A stretch of 64,000 nucleotides of DNA, from NCBI RefSeq assembly GCF_006345805.1, contig NC_043021.1:25420001-25484000 (forward strand), given 5' to 3'. The notes beneath the pieces were generated by a model that was given only the letters and a program-made list of their open reading frames with translations, was not told the DNA's origin and did not search any database. Source of the stretch: Octopus sinensis (Eukaryota). Numbering within the stretch: the stretch's first letter is position 1; the number at the start of each line of letters is the position of its first letter. Of this stretch, positions 50,301 to 63,686 are shown piece after piece. Made by a program: the position numbers and the translations under genes.

Positions 50301-53300
50301 TCGTTGTGTAGAAGTACAACTATATATTCACTAGCTAATTCATGAATCACAACAATTCAAAATAGACTTGTTGGATTTTCCTTGGACATGGTATGAAAAT
50401 CACCAATGTCCCAAAGGAGTGAGTGTCGTGGAGTTCAGTTACATCCAACAAACACTGAAGTTTTTCCTCAAATCCAGGGTTTTTATAACTGCTCAACTTG
50501 ACTTTAAAGAATCGAAATTACATAAAATATTCTTTAAATAACTCTTAGAATCCTTATATGAGCAGTTATATTAATCAATGGAAAAACGACAATAATATTT
50601 CTTCGGCAATACGTGACATTACGTCATATTGGCACCTTATTTAAAAATGGCTACTTGCTACAAGAGCAGCTGATTAATGCCTTACATTATTCGTTCTGGG
50701 TTCAAATCTTGCCATGCTCAACTTCGTCTTTCATCCTTTTGGAGTGGATGGCAGGTGTCAGTCGAGACTGGTTGATGTAATCAACTTGACTCCCCCTCTC
50801 CTCAAAATTACTGGACCTTCTGCCAAAGTTAGAACAAATTATTATTTAAAGCAGTGAGCTAACGGAATCGTTAGAACACCAGACATGGAAATATACCACA
50901 TTTCTTCCAGCTCTTTACATTCTGAGTTCAAATTCTGCTGAGGTCCACTTTGTCTTTCATCCTTTCGGGGTCCATATAACCAACCTGCCCCCTCCCCACC
51001 AATATTTCAGGCCTCGTGCTTGAGTAGAAAGGATTATTATTAAACCATTGAAATCAGTGACCTGGCAGAATCATTTGCCAACCAGCATTTCGTCCGTCCT
51101 TGCATTCTGGGTTCAGATTCCACTGCAGTTAACTTTGTCTTCTATCCTTTCAGGGTCAATTAAATAAATACCAGTCATGTACTGAGATCAATAAAATTGA
51201 GTTACCTCCCCTTCCCCAAAATTTCCAGCCTTTTGCCTACATCTGAAGAAATTACTATTATTATTATTAACAACCAAACAAGAAGCAACACTGACTTCCA
51301 GCTCCGTCTTTCCCATTTTTCTGCATCAGTTTCATTGATTTCTGTTGACTATTTTCAAGGGAATTTCATCAACTGCTTGGTAAGATAACAGACAGCCCAA
51401 GCAGTGTGTCAGAGAATTCAAAATGATATTTGAAGGAGAAATGCATGAGATTGAGAGAATCAGAAAGAATGTAGTGAACAAGGACCATGCGGATTCTACA
51501 AGAGTTCTCAAAGTTGGAAGCAGAAACTAATATTACTGTAGCAAACGAAACTTGTAGAAGACGAGTTATAAAGGAGCAGGTGGGGGCTTTGGGGTGAAGA
51601 AGCATACTTGCCGAATAATGAGGTCTTGGTTTCAGTCCTACTGCACAGCAGCTTCGGCAAGGGTCATCTACTACAACCCCAGGCCAATTCATGTCTTGTG
51701 AGAGGATTTGGTAAATGGAAACTATGTGGAAGACCATTATGCCACGTAAAAAGCACTTGCGTCAGGGCTATATGAAAGGCACCTGTGCTGGTGCCACGTT
51801 AAGTGCACTCACGGGGAAAGCATCTGTGCCAGTGCTGTGTAAAAAGCACCCAGCAGACACTCCTTAAAGTGGTTGGCATTAGGAAGGGCGTCTGGCCATA
51901 GAAACCATGTGTGCCTGTATTTGTCACCTTCACAACTGACCTTGTAACTTAGTGGTTCAGCAATAGAGACTGATAGAACAAATACCAGGTTTAAAAAGAG
52001 AAAAAAAAACAAGTACTGGGGGTCAATCAGTTTGACTAAAATCTTTCAAAGTGGTGCTCCAGCATGGCCGCAGATAGAAACAACAACTGACGTGGTCTTC
52101 CTCTTCCTTTCTGCTGTGTTTTGTTAAATGTGATGACTTTCCTACGAATGTCTTGTTGGGTGTAAATTGAGGCAGATTTGGCTGCTATTTTAGCATGACA
52201 AGCGACTGGATAGAAGATCCCTCGCTGGCTTGAAACTAGTAATGGTGGTGGATGTGATGACAGGTGTTTTGTACACACATAAAATCATTAAACAATTAGA
52301 AAAAAACACCTGCTGATAAGGGATATTTACCTGGAGAAATAAGATCAATTCATCTTTGGTAAGGAAACCACGCATGCCGAGTAGAAAGGAATCGTCCTCG
52401 CTTATGATGTTCTTGAAAGGAAAAGCAAAAAGAAGACAAACATAAAAATTTATCTTTGGTTTAGAAGAAGAAAGTTCATGATTTTTGTCTCCCAAACCAA
52501 AGAACTTTCTACATCATTGCTCGACCTGCTAGAAATAGCAGCCAAATTTCCCTCAGACTATCTAAGATCAGAGAAGGTTGTTAGGAAGTTATTTGAAATA
52601 ATATTCTATCAGACATATTAACCAGCAAACAACTCTGCTGGGGGACGTTGCGTTCCCTTTGCTTTCTTTTAATTGTTTAGGTTTAACGATTCGGAAGAAG
52701 TTGGGGTGGAGAGGTAGAAGGATACTAGCAGGAGGGTGGTAAGGATACCATGGACAGGCGGGGTGGAGGAGAGAACAGAGATGATGTGTTTGGATAGGCT
52801 GCAGGAGATAAAACAGGCGTAATGAACTAGGAGAGATACTTTGGTGGTCTGGGGTGAGGGCCACATGTGGGTGTGGAGAACAACGTGAATGGATGAAGAC
52901 TGGTTAACAAGCCAGATGCTTTATATCTATCTAACTATATATGTGTGTATATATATATATAATAGACAGTTGATGGTGAAATGATCCTTGGTGTTGTGCT
53001 TCATGTGTGATGTTAAAACTTTATCCAGCTCCTGTATTTGTGCGTGTATGTGCATGAAGGAATGTGGCTTAATATTTAGGGTCTTCAGCTCACAATCATA
53101 TGGTTGTGAGTTCAATTCCCAGCAGCACATTGTGTCCTTGAACAAGACACTTTATTCCACATTGTTTCAGTCCACTCAGCTGGCAAAAATGAGTCGTACC
53201 TGTAATTCACAGGTGTACCAGCCTTGTCACATTCTGTGTTATGCTGAATCTGCCTGAGAACTATGTTAAAGGTATGTGTGTCTGTGGAGTACTCAGCCAC

Positions 53301-56300
53301 TTGCATGTTAATTTGATGAGCAGGCTGTTCCGGTTGATCAAGTCAACTGCCAGAAACAAGTCAGTAAATGATGCAGAACAGAACTTGGATCCAGAACACA
53401 CACAAATAAACAAGCATATATGCATACATATAATATATATATACACACACACACACATGCATGCCAATATACAAGAAGCATATATACATACGCACAGCAA
53501 ACATAGGTTGCAAATACTCACAGACATTAACATCATTTGCCATTTCTGTTGTAGCAATTCTTCATTGTCTGCGTGAACGGCCAATTCGGCTGCACTGTCT
53601 TGGAAAAATTTTATTGGAATTTCAACCTAAGAAAGAAAGAAATCAGTAAAGAGTAAAATGTTTTCTTTTTACCTTTTAGTCAGAAGGGAAGCCAGGACCC
53701 AGGACTTTTTACAAGGTCTCTGTAAGTGGTGGCAGCAGGGGAGGTCCTTGAATTGCAGGCTTTACACCCGGGGGGGACTCTCCAAACATTATTTTTTGCA
53801 GAGATGAGACGGGTTTTGAACTCACAACATATAGATCCAGAGCAGTAACTTTTACTACAGACTAACATTCCTACAATGAATCATCCCAGACTATAACTTT
53901 ATATATCGGGCTCAAAAGAATGAAAGACAAATTTGGTCTAAGTGGGATTTGAACTCAGAGCACAGGCAGCCGGAATGAACACTGCAACACCAGTGTATCT
54001 GATACTCTAATGACTATGCCACATATTCCTTTCTATTATGGGACCAAGGACAGAAATATTGGGCAAATGAGGATGGTTGGTGACACAGACTCCAGTGCTG
54101 CAGTGATACTAATTTTATCGACCCCAGAAGGATGAAACGCAAAGTCGACCTTGGAAGAATTTGAACTCAGAATATAAGAGATGAAACACTGCAAAGTATT
54201 CTGCCCCAGATGCTAACAATTCTGTCAGTTTTCAGCCTTCGACGATGCCACATATTGGCCACAACACAATCTTGTAATAACTGTTCACAGTAAAAAAGAT
54301 TGCAGCATTAAGATTAATTGGGTATGGCCGATCATGTATGGAAAAACGGAGACCACCTCCCGCTGTGGGATGAAGTTAAAATAATAGACAGAGAACACCA
54401 CTGGAAAATACGAAAACTAAAAGGGGCAGCACATATGCTAGGACACAACAACTGCTTAAGTAGACCGAGTGCAGATAGGAGTTGAATATGGGAACTGGTA
54501 TTAAGAAAAGATAGAATATCAAGTTTATAAGCCCAAAATGTCCCTCTATAATTGCCCATGGACATGTAACCACTGGCCCTCAGATTCTGAGTTCGATTCC
54601 AGGCAGGGACTTGGGAAATAAAATCAACAGAAAAAAATAACATCAGCAAAAAAGAATATCTTAAAATGGGAACAGTGTACCCCATTAGTCAAATAAAGGG
54701 TTGGGTTCGAAATTCGACCAGGACACCTGAAGAAGGCTGGAGAGTACACCAGCCGAAATGTGGTAACAACAAACAGGGTGAGGACACATATCTGTCCGTT
54801 GTGATTAATGTACATAATTCCTCATCTCAAACATATAGAATAGTAAGACTAACAGGTTTCTTCTGCAATGAAAGAATACAAACAAGGGGCATTTCACCAA
54901 ACTGATCAACATGGGGTCTCTCCTCAGTTTATTGAAAACCTCAAATCAGAAAGATTGAAACCCCATAAAAGAAATAATTTTCAAAGTTAGAAAAAGAAGG
55001 ACATTCATCATTGAAAGTGAGTGAGTCGATGGTCGGCACTTACTGTGTCATTCACATTCTTGGGATAGAGTTCTGCAAAACCATACATGTGCAGCAGCTG
55101 AGAATTACTTAGCATTCCGTACGTGTTATACACTTCTTCTCCCTGTAAACAAATAACAAAAGTGCTTTACTTCACTGTTTGATGACAACACTTTAACAAT
55201 CATACATGCAAATATATCCACAATATCACATTAAGCATCATCATCATCACCATCACCATTTAGCATGTTTTTCCTTGCTGGGTGAGTTGGACAGTTTGAC
55301 AGGATTTGATGAACCTCAAAGCTGTGTCACACCCCAAAGTCAGCTTTGATATGGTTTCTATGGCTGGATTCCCTTCCTAATGCTAACCGTTTCACAAGGT
55401 GTTCTGGGTGCCTTTTTAGTGTCACTGGCACAAATGAGGTCACAAGTAATTTACGAAACACAGAAGAGAGAAGAAAGGAAGACACCCTCTTGGCTGCGTG
55501 TGGAGGGTTGGCTTTGTGCCAAGTGTTGAAAGAGAGGGGGAAGGGCAAGTGTGTTGGGAGTGCCAGAGGGGAGGGGGGCTTATCTATTTATATCATGGAT
55601 TTGCATTAAGCTTATGTAAAAGTGAATTCTGGTTTTTGCAACGGTAAATATTGATTTGTTGCTTCTGTCAAAGTGTCAGGATTGATGGGAAAAAAATTCC
55701 TCAAAAATTGTAAAGAATTAACATCTCTAATTAAAAAAAAAAAAACAACAAGAAAGAAAGCAAAATAAATCGATCATCATCATCAATTTAACATTCATTT
55801 TTCTGTGCTTACATGAATTGGACAAATGAAGCAGGTTTTCTTTGGCCCTTCTCGTTGCCAACACTCATCTGTTTGCATGGAAAAAAATTACTCCACAACC
55901 AGACATGTCTTCATGGAAGATTGGAAATGGTAGAGACTGCTTGTAAGACAGGGACACTCATTTACAACTAACACCTGATGTCAAGGTGATGAAGCACAAA
56001 CACATCCACACATACATATATGTGTGAGGTGTGTGTGTGTATATATATATCATATCTATAAAAGGGAGGATGTGTGTGCGTGTGTGTGTACGTAATTGTA
56101 ATTTATCCACGTCCACAAATTAGCATGCATGTTGCTCCAATTTTAGGAGGACATTTGTTAACACCCTATCTGGGTTTTGTCAACTTATTTTTTTTCCCGA
56201 GGTACCCGTGGATAGCGTAAATATCTATTTTCAGACATAGCTTTTAGCCACAAAAAAATATCAGCCTTAGCTTTTTTGATGGTGTCTAACAAAAAAGAAT

Positions 56301-56921
56301 AAGATAAAGAGAAGTGGAAGAAGGAGGCAGAGAGTTTCACAGGAAAGACAAAGTGAGAGAGGGAGAGAGAGAGAGAGAGAGAGAGAGAAAGTAAGTGATG
56401 ACGTTCATAAAAAATAAAATGTAAAATGTTTTGTTTTTTGTTTTTGAAAGGCACACTATATTTTATAATCATAGTATATATAGTTTCTCACACAACAATT
56501 ACAATATATTTATTTTAAATCGTTCATCTTTCTCCCCCCCCCTCTCTCTCTCACACACATTACTTTGGGTGCGAAAGAGTTTTGTTTTTATTTTACACCA
56601 AGTAAAAAAGTGTTTTGTTGACAATCCATTTATTTAACAACAAAGAAACAAAAAGGTGAGTAACAATTTGTCAGTGAATTACACACTATAATTGGGTACA
56701 ATTTGTGAGGCTTCCAGAGTAGTTGATTCCATGCAAAAAAAAAACGATTTTTTTTCTTAGTGAAAATCGTGCAAGTGTTAATCTACAAATTTAACAACAT
56801 TTTTACCATTCATTTCTGTTCATGAAAATGTATGCATGCACATGTTCAATAGGTGTACGTACGTACGTGTGTGTATATGTGTTCGTGTCTGTTGCCCATA
56901 TATATTTATATTTTATATATA

Positions 56922-56979
<58 letters not shown>

Positions 56980-57167
56980 GCGGTGCTCCAGCATGGCCGC
57001 AGTCAAATGACTGAACAAGTAAAAGAGTAAAAGAGCATATAATATAACTAATTTCAATGGATTTCGCCCAATTTGACGTCTATATTACTTAGTTTGGTTT
57101 GAAATAAAGAACTTGATTAGCTTAATAATCGTAACTTAATCCCGGGCAAGGCCAGGTTATACTGCTA

Positions 57168-57214
<47 letters not shown>

Positions 57215-60202
57215 CCTTTACTTGTTTTAGTCATTGGACTGTGGCCATGCTGGGGAATTGCCTTGAAGGATTTTAGCCAAACAACTTGACTCCAGTACAT
57301 ATGGTGAAGCCAGGTAATTATTCTATCAGTCTCTTTTTGGCAAACTGCTAAGTTATGAGGACATTAACAAATCAACATTGGTTGCCAAGAAGTTTGGAGG
57401 ACAAACACAAACACACAAAGATATATACTTTGTGCTGCTTTCAGTTTCTGTCTACCAAATCCACATACAGGGCTTTGGTCATCCTAGGGCTGTAGAAGAA
57501 GACGTTTGCCCAATGTGCCAAGCATTAGGAATGAACCTGAAACGACATTGTCAGGGAGCGAACTTCTAAACCACACAGCCACAATGCAGTCCCACAGCTT
57601 GTCAGATCCTCTCAAACCATCCAACCTGTAACAGCATAGAAAGCTGACACTGAATGCTAACAATGATGATGATGATGATGATGACAACAGCAGGCTTCTT
57701 TCAGTTTCCCTCCCCAAGCCTCCATCATTTCATGAAATGTTTTGCAGCATTTCGGTTTTGTTACGATGCAAAAACGTTTTACCTTCTGAATATCTTTCAC
57801 AGTGATCATCTTTAAGCAAGACACTTCGTATGACAGCTCAGCATTGTGGTTGGCAACATGGTTAAGGATGTCTGCTACAGGAACCATCATGGGGGGTGCA
57901 GTGACTTGGTCCTCATCGGAGCTGTCAAGCATAGGGTTGGTGGGTTCCATGAAGCTATAAGCCATCACAAATGCCACCATCTTGTGATAGAATTTCAAGT
58001 TTTGACATTTTGGCCTACATTAATGAATAAATCAAATAAATTAATGAACTGCAGAAGAAAAGGCTCAACGCCTGTGGAGATGTTGGACACGGGTTCGAAA
58101 CAAACTTGGCTCCCTTTTTTTTTTCAAGACAAAAGTTGGGAGAAAGATAAACTGAAACCTGTACATACACTGGAATTCCTAAAAAAATAAAATTCTAATT
58201 AAATAACAAAATTTTTTAGCAATTTAATGATTTCAACACTGATCTACTAAGACCACCCCTGGTTCAATGCTACAATCTTTCTGTTTCAAAGAAATCTAAA
58301 TAAAAACTTTCCACTAAAATTTCCCAAATGTTAGCTTAATAATGACAAATTACTAAATTGAACATTATTTTCAAAATTAATCTGGAAGAAAAAAAAAGGC
58401 AGAGGATTTCAAGAGAAATATGATAACAAAAGGGTTGCATCTAGATATTAGATTTTATTAATTTCACTGTGAGTTCAAATTTCAAGTTCAGTTTTGATAA
58501 TGTTTCAATTCATCCTCTCTGCTTTGTCAATTTGAAATTTTATACAAAAATATAAAGGAAACAAATTCTGAATTGAAATTCCAAAGTTTATAGCCATTGT
58601 GTTACCATATTTTACTTATAAACCATGACGACTTTGGAGGACCAAAACTTTCATGTGAAATGCAGCAGGATTTGCAAAGACAGTGAATGCGGTTTGAATG
58701 TTTGCACTACATGTTTATACTACATGTTTATGCTACATGTTTATGCTACATGGGTTTGTATGTTGGAAAATTTGCTCTACCCTGCCTGCTGTAACTATTT
58801 TCTCTTTCTCTCTCATGTTACATACATACGTACATACATACACACACACATATACAATGCTACAATAAACACAATTCCTGTAAAGCACAGCCACCCTGGG
58901 CCTCCTGGTTGAAATGATAATTTATTTTGCCATTTTTCAAGCTGATAACAAGACCATTTGTGAGTGATTTGTTGATGCATGTGTTTTTTTTTATTTGGGG
59001 TGGGGGGTGGGGGGTATGTTTGCACGTGTTTTGTGCGGTGCATGTGTATGTTTACACTGACCTAAAAAAAAATGCCCAGTGTTGTTGCTTATGTTGTTTC
59101 TCTGTAAATCTCAAAGCTAAGAGTTTCAAACCTAAGCAAAGTGGTGCTCCAGTATGGCCACAGTGCAATGACTGAAATTAGTAAAAGAATCAAAATGATA
59201 ACCTACGGGAAAGCTTCCGGGTGTTTCTTCACAAAAGGCAAAATGACATTGTTGAAATCAGAGTTGATTGATTCCAAGTCTGACTCGACCAATTTATTGA
59301 TGTCCGTTCCTTGTAGTAACTCTGTCCGATTGGTCCTTGAGAAGAGAATTCAATAACAGATGAAGAAATATTGAAAAATGTGCAGAAAAAATACTAAAAG
59401 GAAAACAAAAAAAAAATACATGGATTTAAATAAAATACAAAGAACAATTTGTTTTGGTAAATGCCAATATTTTCAAAAACTCTGAGAATGCATAAAATTG
59501 GAAGTAAGTTGATTACATCAACCCCAGTGCGCAACTGGTACAAAAAGCTGACCTTGGCAGAATTTGAACCCGAAACATAAAGATGGGCAAAATGCTGCTA
59601 AGGGATAAATATGACAAAAGGAAATCAACCAAGATCAAATGGGAGGTGGGAGGTCTAGCACATCGCTGCATCCACCAATCAGTCAGCATTTGTTCAAGTG
59701 ATCAGACGCAACCCTCCCAGTCAGTCCCTATCATTGCCACAAGCAAGAGGCATGTGGCCAACCAATACGAACCGTCACCCCAGCTGGCTCCTCATAGAAG
59801 CTCTAACATGGGGAATCGAGCAACATGTAACCGAATGCAGCCAAGGGACTGAATTAAAATACTACATACACATGTACATGGAACAGACAGACATGTGAAG
59901 GAAAGGGTCGTCGTCCAGCTGTGTGCTAGAAGAGACAATGTAGGGTTTGAGAAGGCATTTTAGTCTGAGAGTAGGGCAATGCCAATCCCTATAGTGGTGC
60001 AGGCTTCCATAAAACCGCATCCAATCCACTCAGTAAAGTGGTTGGTGTCAGGAAGGGCAACAAGCAGTAGAAACCCAAAAAGGAAACAGCAGAGCAAAAC
60101 ATGGCCCTCCAGCATCTTGGAATTCTATGAAATTGTCCTAAACATGCCAATGTGGACATTAATGATGACGAAGACAATGATTTCCTTTTTCGTTTTATAT
60201 TG

Positions 60203-60247
<45 letters not shown>

Positions 60248-63200
60248 ATATATATATATATACACACACACATTTATATATATATATATATATTGTTCTG
60301 CTGGATGTGTAATGTCAGTGTGCATACACGACAGAGTGTAAGTGCCTTGAGAGAAAAGTTGGACCTAAGAAGCATTAGATGTGGTGTGAAAGAGAGACAA
60401 CTGCGCTGGTATGGTCATGTATTGAGAATGGATGAGGATAGCTGCGTGGAAAAGTGTCACACCCTAGCGGTTGAGGGAACCTGTGGAAGAGGTAGACACA
60501 GGAAGACCTGGAATGAGGTGGTGAAGCATGACCTCTGAACATTGGGCCTCATCGAGGCAATGACTAGTGACCGAGACTTTTGGAAATATGCTGTGCCTGA
60601 GAAGACTTGGCAAGCCAAGTGAGACCGTAACCCGTGGCCTATGCCAGGGGTGTAACCAGCCCACTTATGCATACCTTTCCTTCATTGGACACTAAACTCT
60701 GCTTGTGAAGACCTGTTGAGGCAAGTGAAATCGAAATCGAATTCGCTGGCGTGGCCAATAACAGCACCACCTGCCTGGCATCTGTGCTAGTGGAACATTA
60801 AGAGCGTCATCCGAGCGTGATCGTCGCCAGGGCCACTGGCTGGCTCCCATGCCGGTGGCACATAAAAAGCACCATTCAAGCATGATCGTTACCAGCGTTG
60901 CCTTACTGGCACTTGTGCCGGTGTCACATAGAAAACAACATTCAAGCGAGGTCATTGCCAGTGCCACTGGACTGGCTCCTGTGCAGGTGGCACGTAAAAA
61001 ACATCATTTGAGCATGGCAGTTGCCAGTACGGCCTGACTGGCCCTCGTGTCAGTGGCACGTAAAAGCACCCACTACACTCCTGGAGTGGTTGGTTTAGGA
61101 AGGGCATCCAGCTGTAGAAACTCCGTCAGATCAAGATTGGAGCCTGGTGCAGCCATCTGGTTCGCCACTCCTCAGTCAAATTGTCCAACCCATGCTAGCA
61201 TGGAAAGTGAACGTTAAACGATGATGATGATGATGATATTTATTATTTTCTGCCTGAAATTAACCATTGTAGAGTTGCTATGTCTTTGTCTACTTACTCT
61301 GACCAAAAGAGCGGCAGTTCTAAATGCTTGAAGTCAGGAACAAGATTAAAGTAAGGCCTCCACTTTGAGTTTGGTTTGTTATACTCATGTAAAATGCTGA
61401 GTAAGAGTGTGATCCAACCCTTATCACTTTTGGTAGCTGACAAATCAACTGGAGAAGACAGAAGCAAAAACGGTGAATGAAAGCCACAACATTGCAAAAC
61501 AACAGTTACAGAGAAAGTCAACGTTTGGTCAGTATGGTAGGGTAATGTCCGAGGAAGCTTGACCAGGTGAGGATGAGGTAAGCTAGGCTTGCTGATGAGA
61601 TCAAATCTTACTACTACTACTACTGCTGCTACCACTACTACCACTGCTGTTACTACTACTACTGCTGTTGATACTGTTGCTGCTGCTGATACTACTACTA
61701 CTACTAACTGCAAAACTGCTACCACCACCTGTTGCATATAGACATATATGTGTGTGTGTGTGTACGTGTATTGTCTTTGCGTCTGTCCACTGGTTGACAA
61801 CCGGTGTTGGTATGTTTATGTCCCTATGACTTTGTGGTTCAGCAAAAGGGAACCGATAGAATAAGTAGCAGGCTTAAAAATACAAAAAAAGTACAGAAGT
61901 TGATATATTCAACCAAAAATTCAAAACGATGCCCCAGCATGGCCACAATCTAATGACTGAAACAAGCACAAGAGCATGGAGAATAATACAAAAAGTAGAG
62001 AAGGGACACAAAAAGGCTTCTAACTGAAAGAAAACGGGAATGGCTGTGTGGTTAAGGAGCTTGCTTTGTAACTCTGTGGCTTTGGGTTCAATCCCACTGC
62101 ATGACATTTTGAGTAGGTGTCTTCTAATAGAGTCATGGTCTGACCAATGCTTTGTGAGTGGATTTGGTAGATGGAGACATAACATTGCAAGCATGGACTG
62201 TCATGGCTGGAAAGGAAATCTCATCCTCAAAATTCTCAACAACTGAAAAAAACATGCAAGATTGGACAAGGTTTCCAAATTAGAGTAGAAACACCTGATT
62301 TGTACCCATGGGTGTATGGCAGTCGCATTCAAGGAAACAATAAGCAGACCAGAACCAACAATGGAACGGCTCCTGAACACGAAGAACCCTCAGATTCATT
62401 TCTTGGAATCAAAAACACCTGAGACCCACAGAATTATAGACAAATGACATCTTTACCAATATCATATAAACACATTAAATTTCCTCCATGACATGGGGCT
62501 TCACTGAGGAAATGAGAAGAGACAAGGAGTTGTGGTGATTTGCAGTACTTGAGAAGATGTGTCAGGCCAAGTAAAATCAGGGTCATTCATACGTATGGGC
62601 TTGTCTTTTGCAGGTGCCAATGTCACGTAAAATGCACTTGTGCCAGTGCCACGTTTAATGCACTTGAGGTGGTGCAGGTCAATGGCACATAAAGAGCACC
62701 CAACACACTCTGTAAAGTGGTTGGTGTTAGGAAACACATCCAACTGGAGAAACCATGCCACAACAGACAGCCGGAGTCTGGACAGCTCCTGGCCAGCCAG
62801 TCAAACCATCTAACCCATGCCAGCATGGAAAACAGATGTTAAATGATTATGATGATGATGATTAAACATATGTTGCATATCAGGCTTAATACACATTTGG
62901 AGAAACCTCCATATAGATGCCACGGACAAACTATCAACAACCTCCTCTGTATGGACAAGTGTGAGTTTGTTAACATTTACACTTATCTGAAAGTCGCAGA
63001 GCAACAAGTTGTGACGTTGCTGCCATTTCCCCTGTAAACAAAACATCCATTGGTTTTGTGCCTGCAAAGACGAGTGATTAATAGTTCCTTTACTTAAGAA
63101 GCAGAGAAGGGTTAGTGAAAGGAAGGGCATCCAGTTGTAAAGCAAGGCTTCAATGATATATTTATCTAACACATGCCAGCATGGAAAAACAGACATAAAA

Positions 63201-63632
63201 ACAAAGATCTACTTTCGAGGAATCACATATCAAAAATTTCCATTGTTGTTCTTTGTCACTTACAGATGTGAACAGTTTTTCTTAACATTAAACATAACTG
63301 AAAACAAGTTGCATAATTTTATATATATATATATATCATCATCATCATCATGGCTCGGCTTTGCGAACGAAGATCAGGAAGGCTGCCCACGTCGCGTGCA
63401 TGCACGCTCATGACTGACAAGTCCAATATGGGAAAAGCAGGTCTGTGAGCTGTGTCCACAGACGAAGGTAACATCCGGTGTGGTGTCAGAGGCGGCTCGC
63501 GCCTTCATCCTGCATCTCTCGTCTTTAAGTGCGTCTCTTCTTTGTTCCTCAAACTTGCTGACTGCGTTGAAGATCGTGTGGTGCCAGACATCATGGTCTG
63601 CAGCCAGGTCTGACCACCATTGGTCAAATTAA

Positions 63633-63686
<54 letters not shown>

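Noticed and set aside
61449-61800. Hydrophobic poly-Val N-terminal part of ORF 61294-61800
   Set aside because: It is an intronic trinucleotide microsatellite; the real exon begins at the acceptor next to 61448.
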